DNA of 64,000 bases from Chiloscyllium plagiosum. Lineage: Eukaryota. Location: positions 45,491,362 through 45,555,361 of the forward strand of contig NC_057717.1 of the NCBI RefSeq assembly GCF_004010195.1, written 5' to 3'. The translations under genes and the position numbers were made by a program. The notes under the pieces were generated by a model. That model saw nothing but the letters and a program-made list of their open reading frames with translations, was not told the origin of the DNA and searched no databases. Position 1 is the first letter of the stretch, and every line of letters begins with the position of its first letter. Positions 11,006 through 23,469 of this stretch are shown in pieces.

Positions 11006-11656
11006 TTGTGTATGGCGCCAGTATATCGCTCTTGGCTTTTATCAGGACAGAACTTGCTCTCTGGGCTGCGAACGGGTCTGCAGCTTTTAGGTACATGTGA
11101 CGCTATTCTGTCAGTTTTCATTAGAATCAGTATTGCTGTGATGTGGCAGGTCCAAACACAAACTGTTCGTCATGGCGTTCAGTTGGTGACAGCGCGTTGA
11201 TGCCAACATTATATTCGTATTGTTCCACTTTATCTGTAAACACACAACTTTATGTTTCAATCTATCCCGAGTTTCCAGCTCCACCTGGTAAAGCAGCTGA
11301 GAGTGAGTTCGAAAAGAAATGTTTCTAATCAACAACAATTACTTTCGTCTCACGGGTGACATGATCTTTATTCAACAACAGGCAAGGAAACTGCAGCCCC
11401 ACGGCCCCTCTTCATATTAATGACGAGGGTGAATTTATAAACGGCATTGGTAAAATCCGTTGGCGGACATCAATTCAGTTCCAATGTTGTTTGATGCTAT
11501 CCACTTCCTGTTTGTTTTCGGAGTTACTGACAAAGTCTCCAGGGATTAAATATCATGCGGGTTTATTGCCGTAACAACAGAACAAGACTCTAAATCAGAA
11601 ATATGAAAATCACCCAATATTGGAATTCCATAAACAGGTAATCAAACTGAATAAAA

Positions 11657-11730
11657 GCCTTATGAAAGCATTTGTCTTTGGGACACAGTGAAGGCCTTAT
11701 GAAAGCATTTGTCTTTGGGACACAGTGAAG
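11657..11730. repeat. Perfect 37-bp tandem duplication
   Basis: GCCTTATGAAAGCATTTGTCTTTGGGACACAGTGAAG twice. Confidence 0.95.
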
Positions 11731-12210
11731 GTCAGATAGGTTCTCTGTTCTGTCTCTGCACAAACTCTCTCAGCTTTAGTTTCAACATGTCTTCAGATGT
11801 CCCCGAGCATCATTCAAGGCAAGAGACTGAAGAAGCCGGTTATGTCAGACTTCGGGAAAAAATCCCAGAAAACGCAGCAGACCATGTCGCATTTACAGAG
11901 AAGAAAAGCAGAGTTCAGATGTCAGCTTTAACATATTTTATCAGAGCTGGAAGTGATGCTGACCTGCTGATCACTTCAGGAATATTCTATTTACCTTCCT
12001 TCAGCTTCAGACAGGTGATGTGAAACAGCCTCATGAGCAGCCTGCATGAGGGAATGTGTAATTTGTACTTACATAGGCAAGTGCAGGTGACCCTCGGACA
12101 ATTTCTGAGGGATTGACGAGATGACTGCAGAGAAGGCGCCGCATCTATTGCAGGATTGACATTGCCACCGTTCTGCGTGTTCTGCTGATGTCGCTGTTGC
12201 TGCGGACAAG

Positions 12211-12530
12211 ATTAGATTAGATTAGTTACAGTGTGGAAACAGGCCCTTCGGCCCAACAAGTCCACACCGACCCGCCGAAGCGCAAACCACCCAGACGTAT
12301 TCCCCTACATTTACCCCTTCACCTAACACTACAGGCAATTTAGCATGACCAATGCACCTAACCTGCACATTTTTGGACTGTGGGAGGAAACCGGAGCACC
12401 CGGAGGAAACCCACGCAGACACGGGGAGAATGTGCAAACTCCACACAGTCAGTCGACTGAGGCGGTAATTGAACCCGGATCTCTGGCGCTGTGAGGCAGC
12501 AGTACTAACCACTGTGCCACCGTGCCGCCC
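12211..12530 (-). mobile_element. HE1-type tRNA-derived SINE, full length
   Basis: Minus-strand start GGGCGGCACGGTGGCACAGTGG (A box), GGTTCAATT (B box), CR1-like 3' end GGGCCGAAGGGCCTGTTTCC, (TCTAA)n tail. Confidence 0.9.
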
Positions 12531-13049
12531 ACAAATTTATCATTCCCACCAGAAGAGAACATCAAATCACAGAAGAACAGTAGGAGGATGTTCAGCCCAT
12601 CGCCTCTGTTTAGCCATTCAATGGTATCACCGCTGATCTGTTAAACCTCTATCCACTTCCCTGCTTTTGCGTTATTACTCGAGGTAAATTCGAGCCTGAT
12701 CACAATGTCATATATGACCGGTAAATATCAGAGTTTTAGATTACAGTATGACGTGTGTGTGTTCGCAAGCAATTGAATAACATGTAATGAGATAAAAGCC
12801 GTTTTTGCAATTTAATTCAATGCAGTTTCAGCCTTATCGGAAAGGTCACAATCTAAATGAGTACTCACATTTCTCTCTGTGGAGATGCGCCTTCATGAGT
12901 TGAATATTTGCAGCATGTTTCTTCATAATTGTAAAGTTTCACTTGAACAGATCCTCCCTGAATCCACAAGCATCTGTCTTGCAGAAAACGATTTTGCTTC
13001 AGATTAAAATAGCCAAGGATACTTTCTCCGACCTTGATGTCCGAATGTT

Positions 13050-16000
13050 CGGGAGTCCTCCATTCCTGTTTTTCAGCAGCAGCAACAACTCGAAGGGCAG
13101 GAGCTTGCACCGGGGAACTGCCGAGAGCGGTGAGTCACTGATTTATATTTTTAAATCTAAAATCAGAGAGCAGCGGTTTCTGGGAAAGGAGGGACTTCTT
13201 ATTTTTATTTCCATCCTGCTGTATTAGTCAGTATCTTCTCTACCCGAGACCTACGTTTGTAGGGCCTTCCACCCAACCACCTCCTCTAGCCTTAAAGACC
13301 AGGGATATATTAGGTAAGCGTCTCTTTTTTTACTTTGTGACTAGGGGAGTAGCAGGGAGAGCAATGTGCCTCCTGCAGGATGATTGAGATCAGGGATGTC
13401 AATAGTGCCCCATCCAAGCACAACTGCAGGAAGTGCAAAAACTCTCGCTCCTCCAAGACCGTGTTTGGGAACTGGAGCGGGAGCTGGATGAACTTCGGAT
13501 CATTCGGGAGGCTGAGGCTGTGATAGATAGGAGTTACAGGGAAGTTGTTACTTCTAGGCAAGACGAAATTTCGGGGACTATTCGAAAGGCCAAAAAAAAG
13601 TCAGTGGAGGGATCACCTGTGGTCGTTCCACTAAAAAACATGCATACCGTTTTGGATACTGTTGACTTGGACGACAAGCAGCGTGGCCCAGGTCTCTGGC
13701 ACAGAACTTGTCCCTGTTACACAGAAGGGAATGAGCGAAAGGAGGAGAGTGTTAGTCATTGGGGAGTCAATAGTTCGAGGCTCAGATAGAAGGTTTGTAG
13801 GGAACGAACGAGACTGGCAGTTGTGGCCATTTCGGAGACATGGATAGCGCAAGTTGAGGAATCGACGTTGCAGACTCCAGGGTTTAGATCTTTCATTAAA
13901 GCAGGTAAGGCAGCAAAAGAGGGGGAGGAGTGGCCTTGTTATTCAAAGATAGTATAACGGTGGCTGAGAGGATTTTAATGAGGACTCGTCGACTGAGGTA
14001 GTGTGGGCTGAGCTTGCGGACAGGAGAGGAGATGTCACACTTCTTGAAGATTTTTATAGACATCCGCAGGAGTTCCAGGGAGGTGGAACAGAGCATTAGC
14101 AACATTTTCCTGGGTACGAGGGAAATGAACAGGGTGGTCATTGAGGGGACTTTAACTGCCCCAACATTCATTGGAAATATTATAGCTCTCGTACGTCAGA
14201 TAGATCAGTTTTTGTCCAATGTGTACAAGAGGGTTTCCTGACACACTATGTCGAATGGCTGGCAAGAAGGGAGGCCACACTGGATCTGGTGCTTGGCAAT
14301 GAACCAGGCCAGGTGTTTGATTTAGTTGTAGGGAATGCACTTTGGACAGAGTGACCATAATTCAGTTCCGTTTAGTTTCGCGATGGAAAGGGATCGGTAC
14401 ATGCCACAGGTCAAGATTATCGATGGGGCAGACGCAATTATAATGCGATTCGGCAAGAAATAAGATGCATAGAATGGGGTAGCAAAATGCAGGGGCTGCA
14501 GTCAATCGAAATGTGGAGCTAGTTTAAGGAACAAATATTGCGTGTCCTTGATAGGTATGTCCCTGTTAGGCAGGGAGGAAGTGATAAGGTACGCGAACCG
14601 TGGTTTACTACAGAAATTGCATCTCTTTTTAAGAAGTAAAAAGTGGCTTATGTTGTGATGAGGTAAGTTGGTACAGATGATGCGATGGTGAGTTACAGAT
14701 CAGCGAGGAAGGATTTAAAGAGAGAGTCAACAGAGCAAAGAGAGGACACGAGCAGTCTTTAGCAAATAGAATAAAGGACAACCATAAAGCTTTGTGTAGG
14801 TATGTGAGAAATTAAGGATGATTAGGGTAGTAATAGGGCCAGTGAAAGACAAAAGTGGGAAGTTGAGAGTAGACCCTGCAGAGATCGGAGAGGTGCTAAA
14901 CGAACATTTCTCATCGGTATTCACTCAGAAAAATGAGAATATTGTGGAGGAGACGAATGAGGTACGAGTTATTAGACTAAAAAGAATTGAGGTTAGTGGC
15001 GCACAGGTATTATCAATTCTAGAAGGAGTGAAAGTAGACAAGTTCCCTGGACCAAGTGTGATTTATCCGAGAATTCTCTGGGAAGGTAGGGAGCAGATAG
15101 CAAAACCTTTGGCTTTGATATTTGAGTCATCATTGTCTCCGGGTTTAGTACCTGAGGACTGGAGGATTGCAAATGCTGTGCCCTTGTTCAAGAAGGGTAC
15201 CAGAGATGACCCAGGTAATTATAGACCAGAGAGCCTTCCTTCTGTTGTAGGAAATGATTTGGAAAGGAATATAAGAGATAAGATTTATAATCATCTAGCA
15301 TGCAACAGTATGATTTCAGATACTCAACATGGTTTCGTCAAGGTCAGGTCGTGTCTCACAAACCTCATTGAGTTTTTTGAGAAGGTATCCAAACATGCAG
15401 ATGCCGGTAGTGCAGTTGACGTGGTATACTTGAATTTCAGTGAAGCCTTTGATAATGTTCCACATGGTAAGCTGATGGGGAAAATGCAGAGGTATGGAAT
15501 TGAGGGTGATTCAGCAGTTTGGATTAGAAACTGGCTTTCTGGAAGAAGACAATGAGTGGTGGAAACTGGCTTTCTGGAAGAAGACAATGAGTGGTGGATG
15601 ATGGGAAATATTTAGTCTGGAGTTCAATTACTAGTGGTGTTCCACAAGAATCAGTGTTGGGACCACTGCTGTTTGCCATTTGCATAAGTGACTGAGGCAC
15701 AGGCATAGGGTGATCGATTAGTAAATTTGCTGTTAACTCTAAAATCTGTGGAGTAGTGGACAGTTTGGAAGAATGTTACAGGTTGCAAGGGGATTTGGAT
15801 AAACTGCAGAATTGGGCTGAGAGGTGGCAAATGGAGTTCAATGCAGCTAAATGTGAGGTGATGCACTTTGGGAAGAAAAACAGAATGGCAGAGTACTTGC
15901 TCAATGGAAAGATTCTTGGAGATGTGGATATGCAGAGAGATCTTGGAGACCATATGAATAGATCCCTAAAAGTTGTACCCAGGTGGATAGTGCTGTTAAG

Positions 16001-17047
16001 AAGGCATACGGTCTGTTAGGTTTCATTGGTAGAGGGATTGAGTTCCAGAACTGCAATATCATGCTGCAATTATACAAAACGCTAGTGCGGGCACACTTGG
16101 AAAATTGTGTACAGTTCTAGTCGCCCCATTACAGAAAGGATGTGGAATCATTGGAAAAGGTGCAGAGGAGATTTACCAGGATGCTGCCTCTTCTGGAGGG
16201 AAGGTCTTATCAGGAAAGGCTGAGGGACTTGGACCTTTTCTCATTGGAAAGAAGAAAGCTAAGGTGGGATTTGTAGAACATAGAATATTTCAGCGCAGTA
16301 CAGCGGCTCTCGATGTTGCGCGGACCTGTCATACCAATCTGAAGCCCATCTAACCTACAGTATTCCATGCTTCTCCAATGACGACTTAAGTGAACTTAAA
16401 GTTGGCGAATCTACTACCGTTGCAGGCAAAGCATTCCATACCCCTACTACTCTCTGAGTAAAGAAACTACGTCTGGCATCGGACCTATATCTATCACCCC
16501 TCAATTTAAAGCAATACTCCCTCGTGCTCGTCGTAACTATACTTGGAAAAAGGCTTTCCCTGTCCACCCTATCTAACCCTCTGATTATCTTATACATCTC
16601 TATTAAGTCACCATTCAACCTTCTTCTCTCTAGCGAAAACAGCCTCAAGTCACTCAGCCTTTCTTCGTAAGACCTTCCCTGCATACCAGATTTGATAGAC
16701 ATAAACAACATGATCAGAGGATTAGATAAGATAGACAGAGAAATCCATTTTCCTAGGATGATGATGTCAGCTTGTACGAGAGGACATAACTACAATTGAG
16801 GGCTGATAGATTTAAGACTGATGTCAGAGGCAAGTTCTTTACGCAGAGAGTGTTAAGAGCGTGGAATGGCCTACCTGCTGAGGTATTCAACTCAGCCATA
16901 TGAGGGAGATTTAAACAAAACTTAGGTAAGTACATGGGTGATTTTGGGATAGTGTTGAGGTTTATGAGCTGAGAATAGTTCACAGGTCAGCACAACGTCG
17001 AGGGCCGAAGGGCTTTTTCTAGGTTCTATGTTCTATGTTCTATGTTC
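13050..17047 (+). mobile_element. Long CR1 LINE (ORF1 start, endonuclease, RT, 3' tail), degenerate and internally deleted
   Basis: ORF1 CASC..CRKC, coiled coil LERELDELRIIRE and esterase-like VIGESIVRG; EN VVAISETW and SDHN; RT EDWRIAN, SCLTNLIEFF, MEFN..KC; (TTCTATG)n tail at about 17024-17047; 35-bp duplication at 15527-15596. Confidence 0.9.
16274..16688 (-). mobile_element. CR1 3' fragment nested in the opposite orientation inside CR1
   Basis: SYEERLSDLRLFSLERRRLNGDLIE; tail TAGAACATAGAA; TSD GATTTG at 16268 and 16689. Confidence 0.9.
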
Positions 17048-17280
17048 CCTGCTGCATGTCAAATGAAGCAGCTGCAGCTGATGTTGCAGCACACAGCTCG
17101 ATGTCCCAGTGCTCCCTGCTGCTCTGTGGCAATAGAAGCTGCTCCGGGGAGGTTGGAGCTCGCAACCTGATGTCCAAATGATCCCTGCTTCATGTGAATC
17201 TAATCTGCTCCAGGTAATTTTGGAGATCTGAGCCTAATATCCCACTGCTCCATGTCAATTGAAGCTTGCTAAAGTTGAGG
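17046..17280. repeat. Degenerate ~67-bp minisatellite, 3-4 units
   Basis: TCCCTGCT at 17046, 17113 and 17182, each followed by ..TGT..AAT..AAGC.GCT. Confidence 0.6.
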
Positions 17281-17539
17281 TTACAACCCCCACCTACGAA
17301 TTTCATACACCTCGATACCGTCTGAGGACAACGATTGCATCATTGGCGCACAGAATCGTGCCACGCTCGTTTCCATGTTGCTGAATCTTAGTGGCTGCGC
17401 CACTCAGTTTCTGCGCCAGACCGGTAACAGACCACTGTGAGCATGAGATATTGTGTTACTGTGAAAAACTCTTCACTTTTGTCTCAAATACAGAATCCAG
17501 TGAAGGCAGCGCTACCCCATCCGGCAGAAGGGAAGCTGC

Positions 17540-17720
17540 ACGATCTAGAACGTGGAGACTGGATAGTGTGAAAGACTTTAGGAGGAAAATCTGGAAGGGG
17601 AATAGGTGGCTGGGGCCGTATCAAGTGGTCCTTAGTAAGCTGAAAGCTGTTAAGATCGCTGAAACAGCCACGTGGTTTCACGGCAGACATTGCAAACGTG
17701 AAACTACACCTGAGGAGACA
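17540..17720 (+). pseudogene. pol: Retroviral integrase C-terminal (GPY/F) domain
   Basis: VKDFRRKIWKGNRWLGPYQVVLSKLKAVKIAETATWFHGRHCKR matches the W.GPY.V.L....AVK......WIH.SHCK pattern. Confidence 0.85.
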
Positions 17721-18489
17721 TCAGACGACAGTGGAACCAAATACGTGCAAGTAGTGGAACTCAGATAGTCAGATTTAGCTTATATACAAATGAATAATAA
17801 AGTTGCTAGATGGCTTATACAAATATTGGGATGCCCCAACTCAAACGGTCAGTAAGCGCCCTGGCAGGACTATTTGTCAGGACAGGGGCATCTGGGATAT
17901 AGCCACTGATGGTAATCTTTACCGAGGGTGAGAAGGGGACCTCTCAATGCGACCCATGGCCGTTTACTAACCAGGACGACTACAAATGGGACAATAAATA
18001 TTTATGCAGTGATCCTTGTGGTCCCAGTGACTGGTAGTTAGTAGTAGCTACTTGGGCTGCAGGGACATCTGACACGGGAAATAGATATTCTATTATCAAG
18101 GAAGGAGATGCCAGGGCACGGTTAATAATAACCAAGAATCAGAAGAGTGTTGAGTGAGCCTGGTCGTTTGGAATAGATAGACCCTGCTCTGACATCCATA
18201 GACGGGTGAATATACTGGTACAGTCGCCCCACCCCCGCCCCCGACCTGCGGTGCAGAAGGTCCTACAGGAAATCGTCTCACCAGGGCACAGCAACCAAGA
18301 AACCATATCATGGACCTAACCCCAAGCAAGCCAGAGAGCATTAGTGTCACGCCAGAATCTGGAGGGCATCGGCCGGGGCTCAGGAGCTCATCTAACTCGG
18401 TAGTGGAATTGGCCGTCATGACATAAAACGCATCAATGCAACGGCAGGAATTTGGGAGGCCTGAAGGGCCATCGCTAGATTTCATATAT

Positions 18490-19815
18490 GGAGCAGAACT
18501 TGTGTTTTGGCCTTAATGCAGCATCGGAGATTAGAGGTTGGTTACTCTTGTTGGACATGTTTGCACACAGTCCATCGGTGGACTGCCGAACCAATTACAG
18601 AGAGCCTGGCAAGAAATGCTAGCTGACTGCTTCCATGGGCGGCGACTACCCTGACCCTGATAGGGGGAGCAATTCGGTCAAATCTCTTGCCACCATCTGA
18701 ACTCAAGGATAACTGCAGTCCCAATGCTGACACGCTGCAGACCATTGCCAACGCAAATGGTGCAATCATTAACATTACTTGTTCCTTTATCAATAATCAG
18801 CCCATGATGGTGGGTATAATATGGGCCTGTGGAAAGCGAGGGTATAACCACCTCCCCGGGGAAGGAAGGGCTACTGCTACCCCGTGGGACTGTTCAATAG
18901 CACCACAATGTTCGTCCCAAAGGCCAGTAACTGGCAAAGCCGAAGGGACATATCAAAGCATTGAATGGGTACACAAACGCAGACCCCTGGACTACACCAG
19001 GAACGAACATTGGGTGGTGTATTCTCTTAGGAGCAGGGACAATTTTGGCAATAAACAAGATTAATGGCCTTGCAAATGGTATATTACTGTTAGCAAACGA
19101 GACGGAGGAAAGTCCAACACTCATTAATACTGAGTTAACGGCAGTATGGGAAGCAGTGACACGAAATCGATTAGTACCAGATATACTTACGGCCGAGAGA
19201 GAGGCCATCTGCAAAACGTTCGGTACCTCATACTGTTTTAATATTCCTGGTGAGTCCCAGAATATCACAAGTGTAATAAATGCATCCCTTTGGAGAGGAT
19301 GGGGTTATTGGATTCTACACGCTATACCAGTTGTAGACAATAGACAAAAGACAATAGACAATAGACAATAGGTGCCGGAGTAGGCCATTCTGCCCTTCGA
19401 GCCTGCACCGCCATTCAATATGATCATGGCTGATTATTCCTAATCACTACCCTCTTCCTGCCTTAACTCGATAACCCTTGATTCCACGATCTTTGAGAGC
19501 TCTATCCAACTCTTTCTTAAATGAATCCAGAGACTGGACCTCCACTGCCCTCTGGTGCAGAGCATTCCACCCAGCCACCACTCTCTGGGTGAAGAGGTTT
19601 CTCCTCATCTCTGTCCTAAATGGTCTACCGCGTATTTTTAAGCTGTGTCCTTTGGTTCGGCACTCACCCATCAGCGGAAACATGTTTCCTGCTGCCAGAG
19701 TGTCCAATCCTTTCATAATCTTATATTGTCGTACGGGTCACACTCACAGTGCTTTATATCGGACGCTGCTTGTGTACTTGCCGACAGCATTTGCTGATGT
19801 GTGCAACTGGATAGC
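18490..19815 (+). pseudogene. env: Retroviral env pseudogene (SU and TM), frameshifted and split by a CR1 insert
   Basis: SU CWTC at 18549 and WACGKRGYNHLP; TM fusion-like WCILLGAGTILAI, heptad, ISD NRLVPDILTAERE, decayed CX6CC (CKTFGTSYC); membrane anchor WILHAIPVV|VRVTLTVLYIGRCLCTC across the insert. Confidence 0.85.
19335..19725 (-). mobile_element. CR1 3' fragment inserted in the env membrane-anchor region
   Basis: RTKGHSLKIRGRPFRTEMRRNLFTQRVV; (AGACAAT)n tail; short TTGT duplication at the flanks. Confidence 0.9.
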
Positions 19816-20073
19816 AAATGGCAAAAAGATCAGAGGCCCCACGGCAGGAAGTTCCCTTTGCATGGATTACACCATACTGTAATATTGAAGTGTGTGACGT
19901 GCGAACACAGGGCACACCAGAGCAAGTGACGATACCACCAGAATACTGTGTAACATGTAGATGGTGTCTGAGGAAAGGTCTGTGCTCCCTGAGCAGTTTG
20001 ATGTAGAGCTATCTGACTCTGTATTTTCGTTTATTTAATTATTGTCATAAAATGATAAAAAGGAGGTAGGGGG

Positions 20074-20448
20074 GTAACGTAATGGAAAATTAACATTTAT
20101 TGTGAAGATCTATAAAAGCATAGCAAAACAAAAAAGTAAGGGCCTGACTTTGCAAAGACTTGCAGACGGACAGAAAAAAAATAAGATTACATACAAGGTC
20201 AGCAAACCAGTATATCAACCGTCAAGGAATGAGGAAAACAACTCCATATATGGAATGTTCTAGGCTCCTGACCTTGAGGTGTTGATAAGGTGAAGCGAAT
20301 TATCGTATAAAAGGAACATGTGGGAGATATCAGGCGCCCCTTTCATGAGGCGTCTTGCCAATGTATCGGGTCCCGTGCAGAGGTTAAAATTAAACATTTT
20401 CTTTGCTCTTATTAACATTTGAGTCGAGTCGATTTAATTTCCACGACC
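20074..20448 (+). repeat. Probable 3' LTR of the ERV
   Basis: Starts right after the purine tract AAAAAGGAGGTAGGGGGG; TATAAAA at about 20306, ATTAAA at about 20388; ends near TTTCCACGAC. Confidence 0.65.
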
Positions 20449-20474
20449 GCCAACTTAGAATACATTGCTGATGG

Positions 20475-20557
20475 GATGTGGGTGAATTTAAATCCGGGAT
20501 CTTGCTGTGTAATATTCCTTCAACATGCTCTCGGTCCCGGTTCAGCTAATCGGTTCT
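20475..20557 (-). pseudogene. tRNA-Ile(AAT)-like relic
   Basis: Minus strand CCGATTAGCT..AGAGCATGTTG..AATA..CAAGATCCCGGATT versus CCGGTTAGCT..AGAGCGTGGTGCTAATAACGCCAAGGTCGCGGGTT. Confidence 0.3.
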
Positions 20558-21639
20558 CTCTTTTATCCAGAGCAACTTTTGTTGGGGTAGCTGCAACGTG
20601 AACATCCAATATGATAAGAACGAGGAAGACCTTGGACAAGAACAACGTTCAGACGGGGAGAAAGGTCCTTAGGCCTGAGGACTTGTCAAAGGGCTGCACC
20701 ACGTGGGGCTCATGTGAGTTGTGTGTTTATTTATCCCAAGGTTTAATCTTCTCCGAAGGATCCTGGGTTTTGGGGCTTTACCTTAACTGACGCCTGTTTG
20801 ATTGTAGCCCAGTCATTTTTTTTGTAAATAGGTTTAATCCCTGTCAACTGGGATCTTGGCATTGGTCACAAATACTTCAATATCCAGTGAGTGTCTTACA
20901 CACAGGACTCCCCGAGGACGACATTATAATCTTCAGTAAGATGATCTTTGCAAAGTTTTGATCTGATGTCAGATGATTTGTGTGATGTGTATCGGCCAGG
21001 GTGATTGAAAATGATGTTTGGATAAGTTAGAAACAGGTTGCCCGTTTCAATTCTGTGAATGTCTGCAAGGGATATATCTCTCTCTCTGTCTATCCATCTC
21101 TTTCTCTCTCGCCTCTCTCGTACCCTCTCCAGTTTTCTTTTATTTGTTTTTGAAACAGTAAAACAATCCTACACACAGCAATGTGTGTCGTGGTTGTTTA
21201 AAGTGGCGGGGTGTGGAGATGGAAGTATTTGACAGCAGAAGGTTATTGTTTGTTGGGTAAAGGGGTTAAAAAGCACAAACGATGCAGACAAAAAGAGTCA
21301 GTGTGTTTTGGAATGAGAGAGCGATAAAGGATGAAATGTATCTTTGCAGCTGGGCTGGGAAATGGAAACAAGAGCTGGGGGATGGTCTGGGGGAAAGATC
21401 TGGAGTCTGTAATATCCTACAACGACCCAATTCCAATCACTTCCTTCTAGCAAGTGACATCTGCAAAATTATATCCTTGAACAGTGGAGGTGATATTCTT
21501 TAAACAGAAGTCTCAATTAACGCTGTAGGGTCATGTCGGATGGAGCTGGAAGGGAATACCCTCTGGAATCGCACTGTGCATCAATGGCCCACGCTGTAAC
21601 CTGTCGTCGTTGGAATGCGGACGATGGGGTTCTGGATAC

Positions 21640-22190
21640 ACAGAACATAGAGCAGTACAGCAAAGTATATGTACCTCGGTCCTTAATGTTGTGCTGGCCT
21701 TTTATCCAACTTCAAGTTCAAACTAATCTACAAACCCTTTATTTTAATATCTTCCATGTGCCTATACAAGATTAGTTGAAATATCTTGAATGTATCTGTC
21801 ACGACTACCACCATTGGCATTGCATTCCACGCACCCAACACTCCCTGTGTAAACAAACTATCTCTGGTATCTCCCCCATTCTTCCTCCAATTACTTTAAA
21901 GTTATGCCCGCTCGTGATAGCCTTTTCTGCCGTGGGAAAACGTGTCTGGCTCTTCACTCTATGTATGTCTCTTATCATTCTATACATCTCTATCAAGTCA
22001 CTTCTCATCCATCTACACTCCAATAAGGAAAGCCTTCGATACCATAAACTTTCTACAGAAAGCAGACCTTCCAGTCCAGTTCGCATCCTGACAAATTTCC
22101 TCTGCACCCTCTCTGAAGTTTCCACATTCTTCTTATAAATATGCAAGCACAATATTCCAAGAATGGTCTCACTTGGGCTTTATAGACCCC
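21640..22190 (-). mobile_element. CR1 3' fragment
   Basis: LVRPFLEYC-like, ERVQRKFVRM and DLIEMYRMIR motifs; CR1 3' UTR. Confidence 0.85.
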
Positions 22191-22197
22191 TGCAAGG

Positions 22198-22315
22198 ATA
22201 AAGTGAGGACTGCAGATGCGGTAGATCAGAGCTGATAATGAGTTGCTGGAAAAGCGCAGCAGGTCAGGCAGCATCCAAGGAGCAGTAGAATCGACGTTTC
22301 GGGCATGAGCCTCCT
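22198..22315 (-). mobile_element. PLE terminal-repeat fragment
   Basis: Minus strand GCCCGAAACGTCGATTCTACTGCTCCTTGGATGCTGCCTGACCTGCTG; same family as 37718. Confidence 0.85.
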
Positions 22316-23469
22316 CCCCATCTTGCACAATCCCTGTCCGATACAAATCCCACTTGTTCCTGATGTCTCCAATATGATTAACATATTTGAAGAACATTTT
22401 GCCACTTCTATATGTGCAGCTCGCCATCCTTTCCTTACGCAACATCTTAACTTTCCAACTTCTAGCATTCGCCTATCTTCTCCACTTGAGATGTTCTTCC
22501 TCATTCTGATAACTATTAAAATCATGATATGCAGTATACTCCACTTACTCATGTCCTGATGTTCGCATCAATGTCCTCAGTGATGCAGATAACTGAAGTT
22601 TTGGATGCCTTGAGTTTATTTCTGTTGGGAGTGTAGCAAGTAGTCACCATCTTCACGTATATTTCAAAATTCTCCCATTTTCCATCTACTGCTTTATCCA
22701 CCAAGTGTGTTTGCAATCAAAGTGCTCCAATTAAGATTTTACGTTCATAAAATGATTGATTTTCCGGTTGGGATCTTTATCAGTGAGTGATGTTTATGCA
22801 TTTCAAACTGAATATCGAAAATTATTAGGTTGTGATCGTTATTACCCAAATGATTTTCCAACCTGATGTTCTGCACTTGTCCTGCCTCAATGTTTAGGAC
22901 CAGATACCGCACAGCTCCCTACTTCTAGGACTAGAAATGCAGCGTTCTAAAACGTTCTCCCGTGCACTTTACAGAATTTCACCCGTAACCCCGTGAATAA
23001 TTTAAAACTCTAAGCACAACAATCAGACCAAACACCAGGCAGAAGTGTACCACGCCTGCAGTTATGCATTATCTGATGAAAAATTGTCTCTTCTACGTGG
23101 TCCGTATTATTTGGAGATTTATATTAATTATCCAATAAGATGACGTTCCGTTCCTGTCTCCCACTTCCAACTGGATAAAGTCGAATTATGGGCAATGGCA
23201 CCACGTTTTTAGCAAGTGTGCCATATACAACCTCCATTGTTATCCATATTGACACTACTGGAAGACGTATGACGGGGACATTAGCTATCTAGTGTTGTTT
23301 TGGCTCCAACGACATTTCGTTCTGTGCTACTATGTCAATTCCCCCGGGGTAATTTCTGTTTGTAGTTCACCAATTCTCTTCTCGATTCTCTGTATACATG
23401 TCAACAATGTAATCCCACTTTTCTTTTGACGTTTTTGCCCAATGTAAAGCAACCATTTGGTTGTGGTGC

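Larger units (their letters stand above)
17390..20448 (+). mobile_element. Endogenous retrovirus remnant (gamma/epsilon-like): end of pol, env, PPT, 3' LTR
   Basis: Integrase C-terminus, env motifs, polypurine tract at 20057-20074 and LTR-like segment occur in retroviral order. Confidence 0.85.

Noticed and set aside
11111-11560. Siglec/Ig-like words on the minus strand (LLIRNIS..VEL, ASNNIGT)
   Set aside because: Key cysteines are missing, the domain order is inconsistent and there are no supporting splice sites.
12460-12530. tRNA gene at SINE heads (also at 41978 and 47600)
   Set aside because: The A and B boxes belong to the SINE's tRNA-derived head; there is no complete cloverleaf.
14818-15555. 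245-aa ORF as a host gene
   Set aside because: It is a fragment of CR1 ORF2 with stops on both sides.
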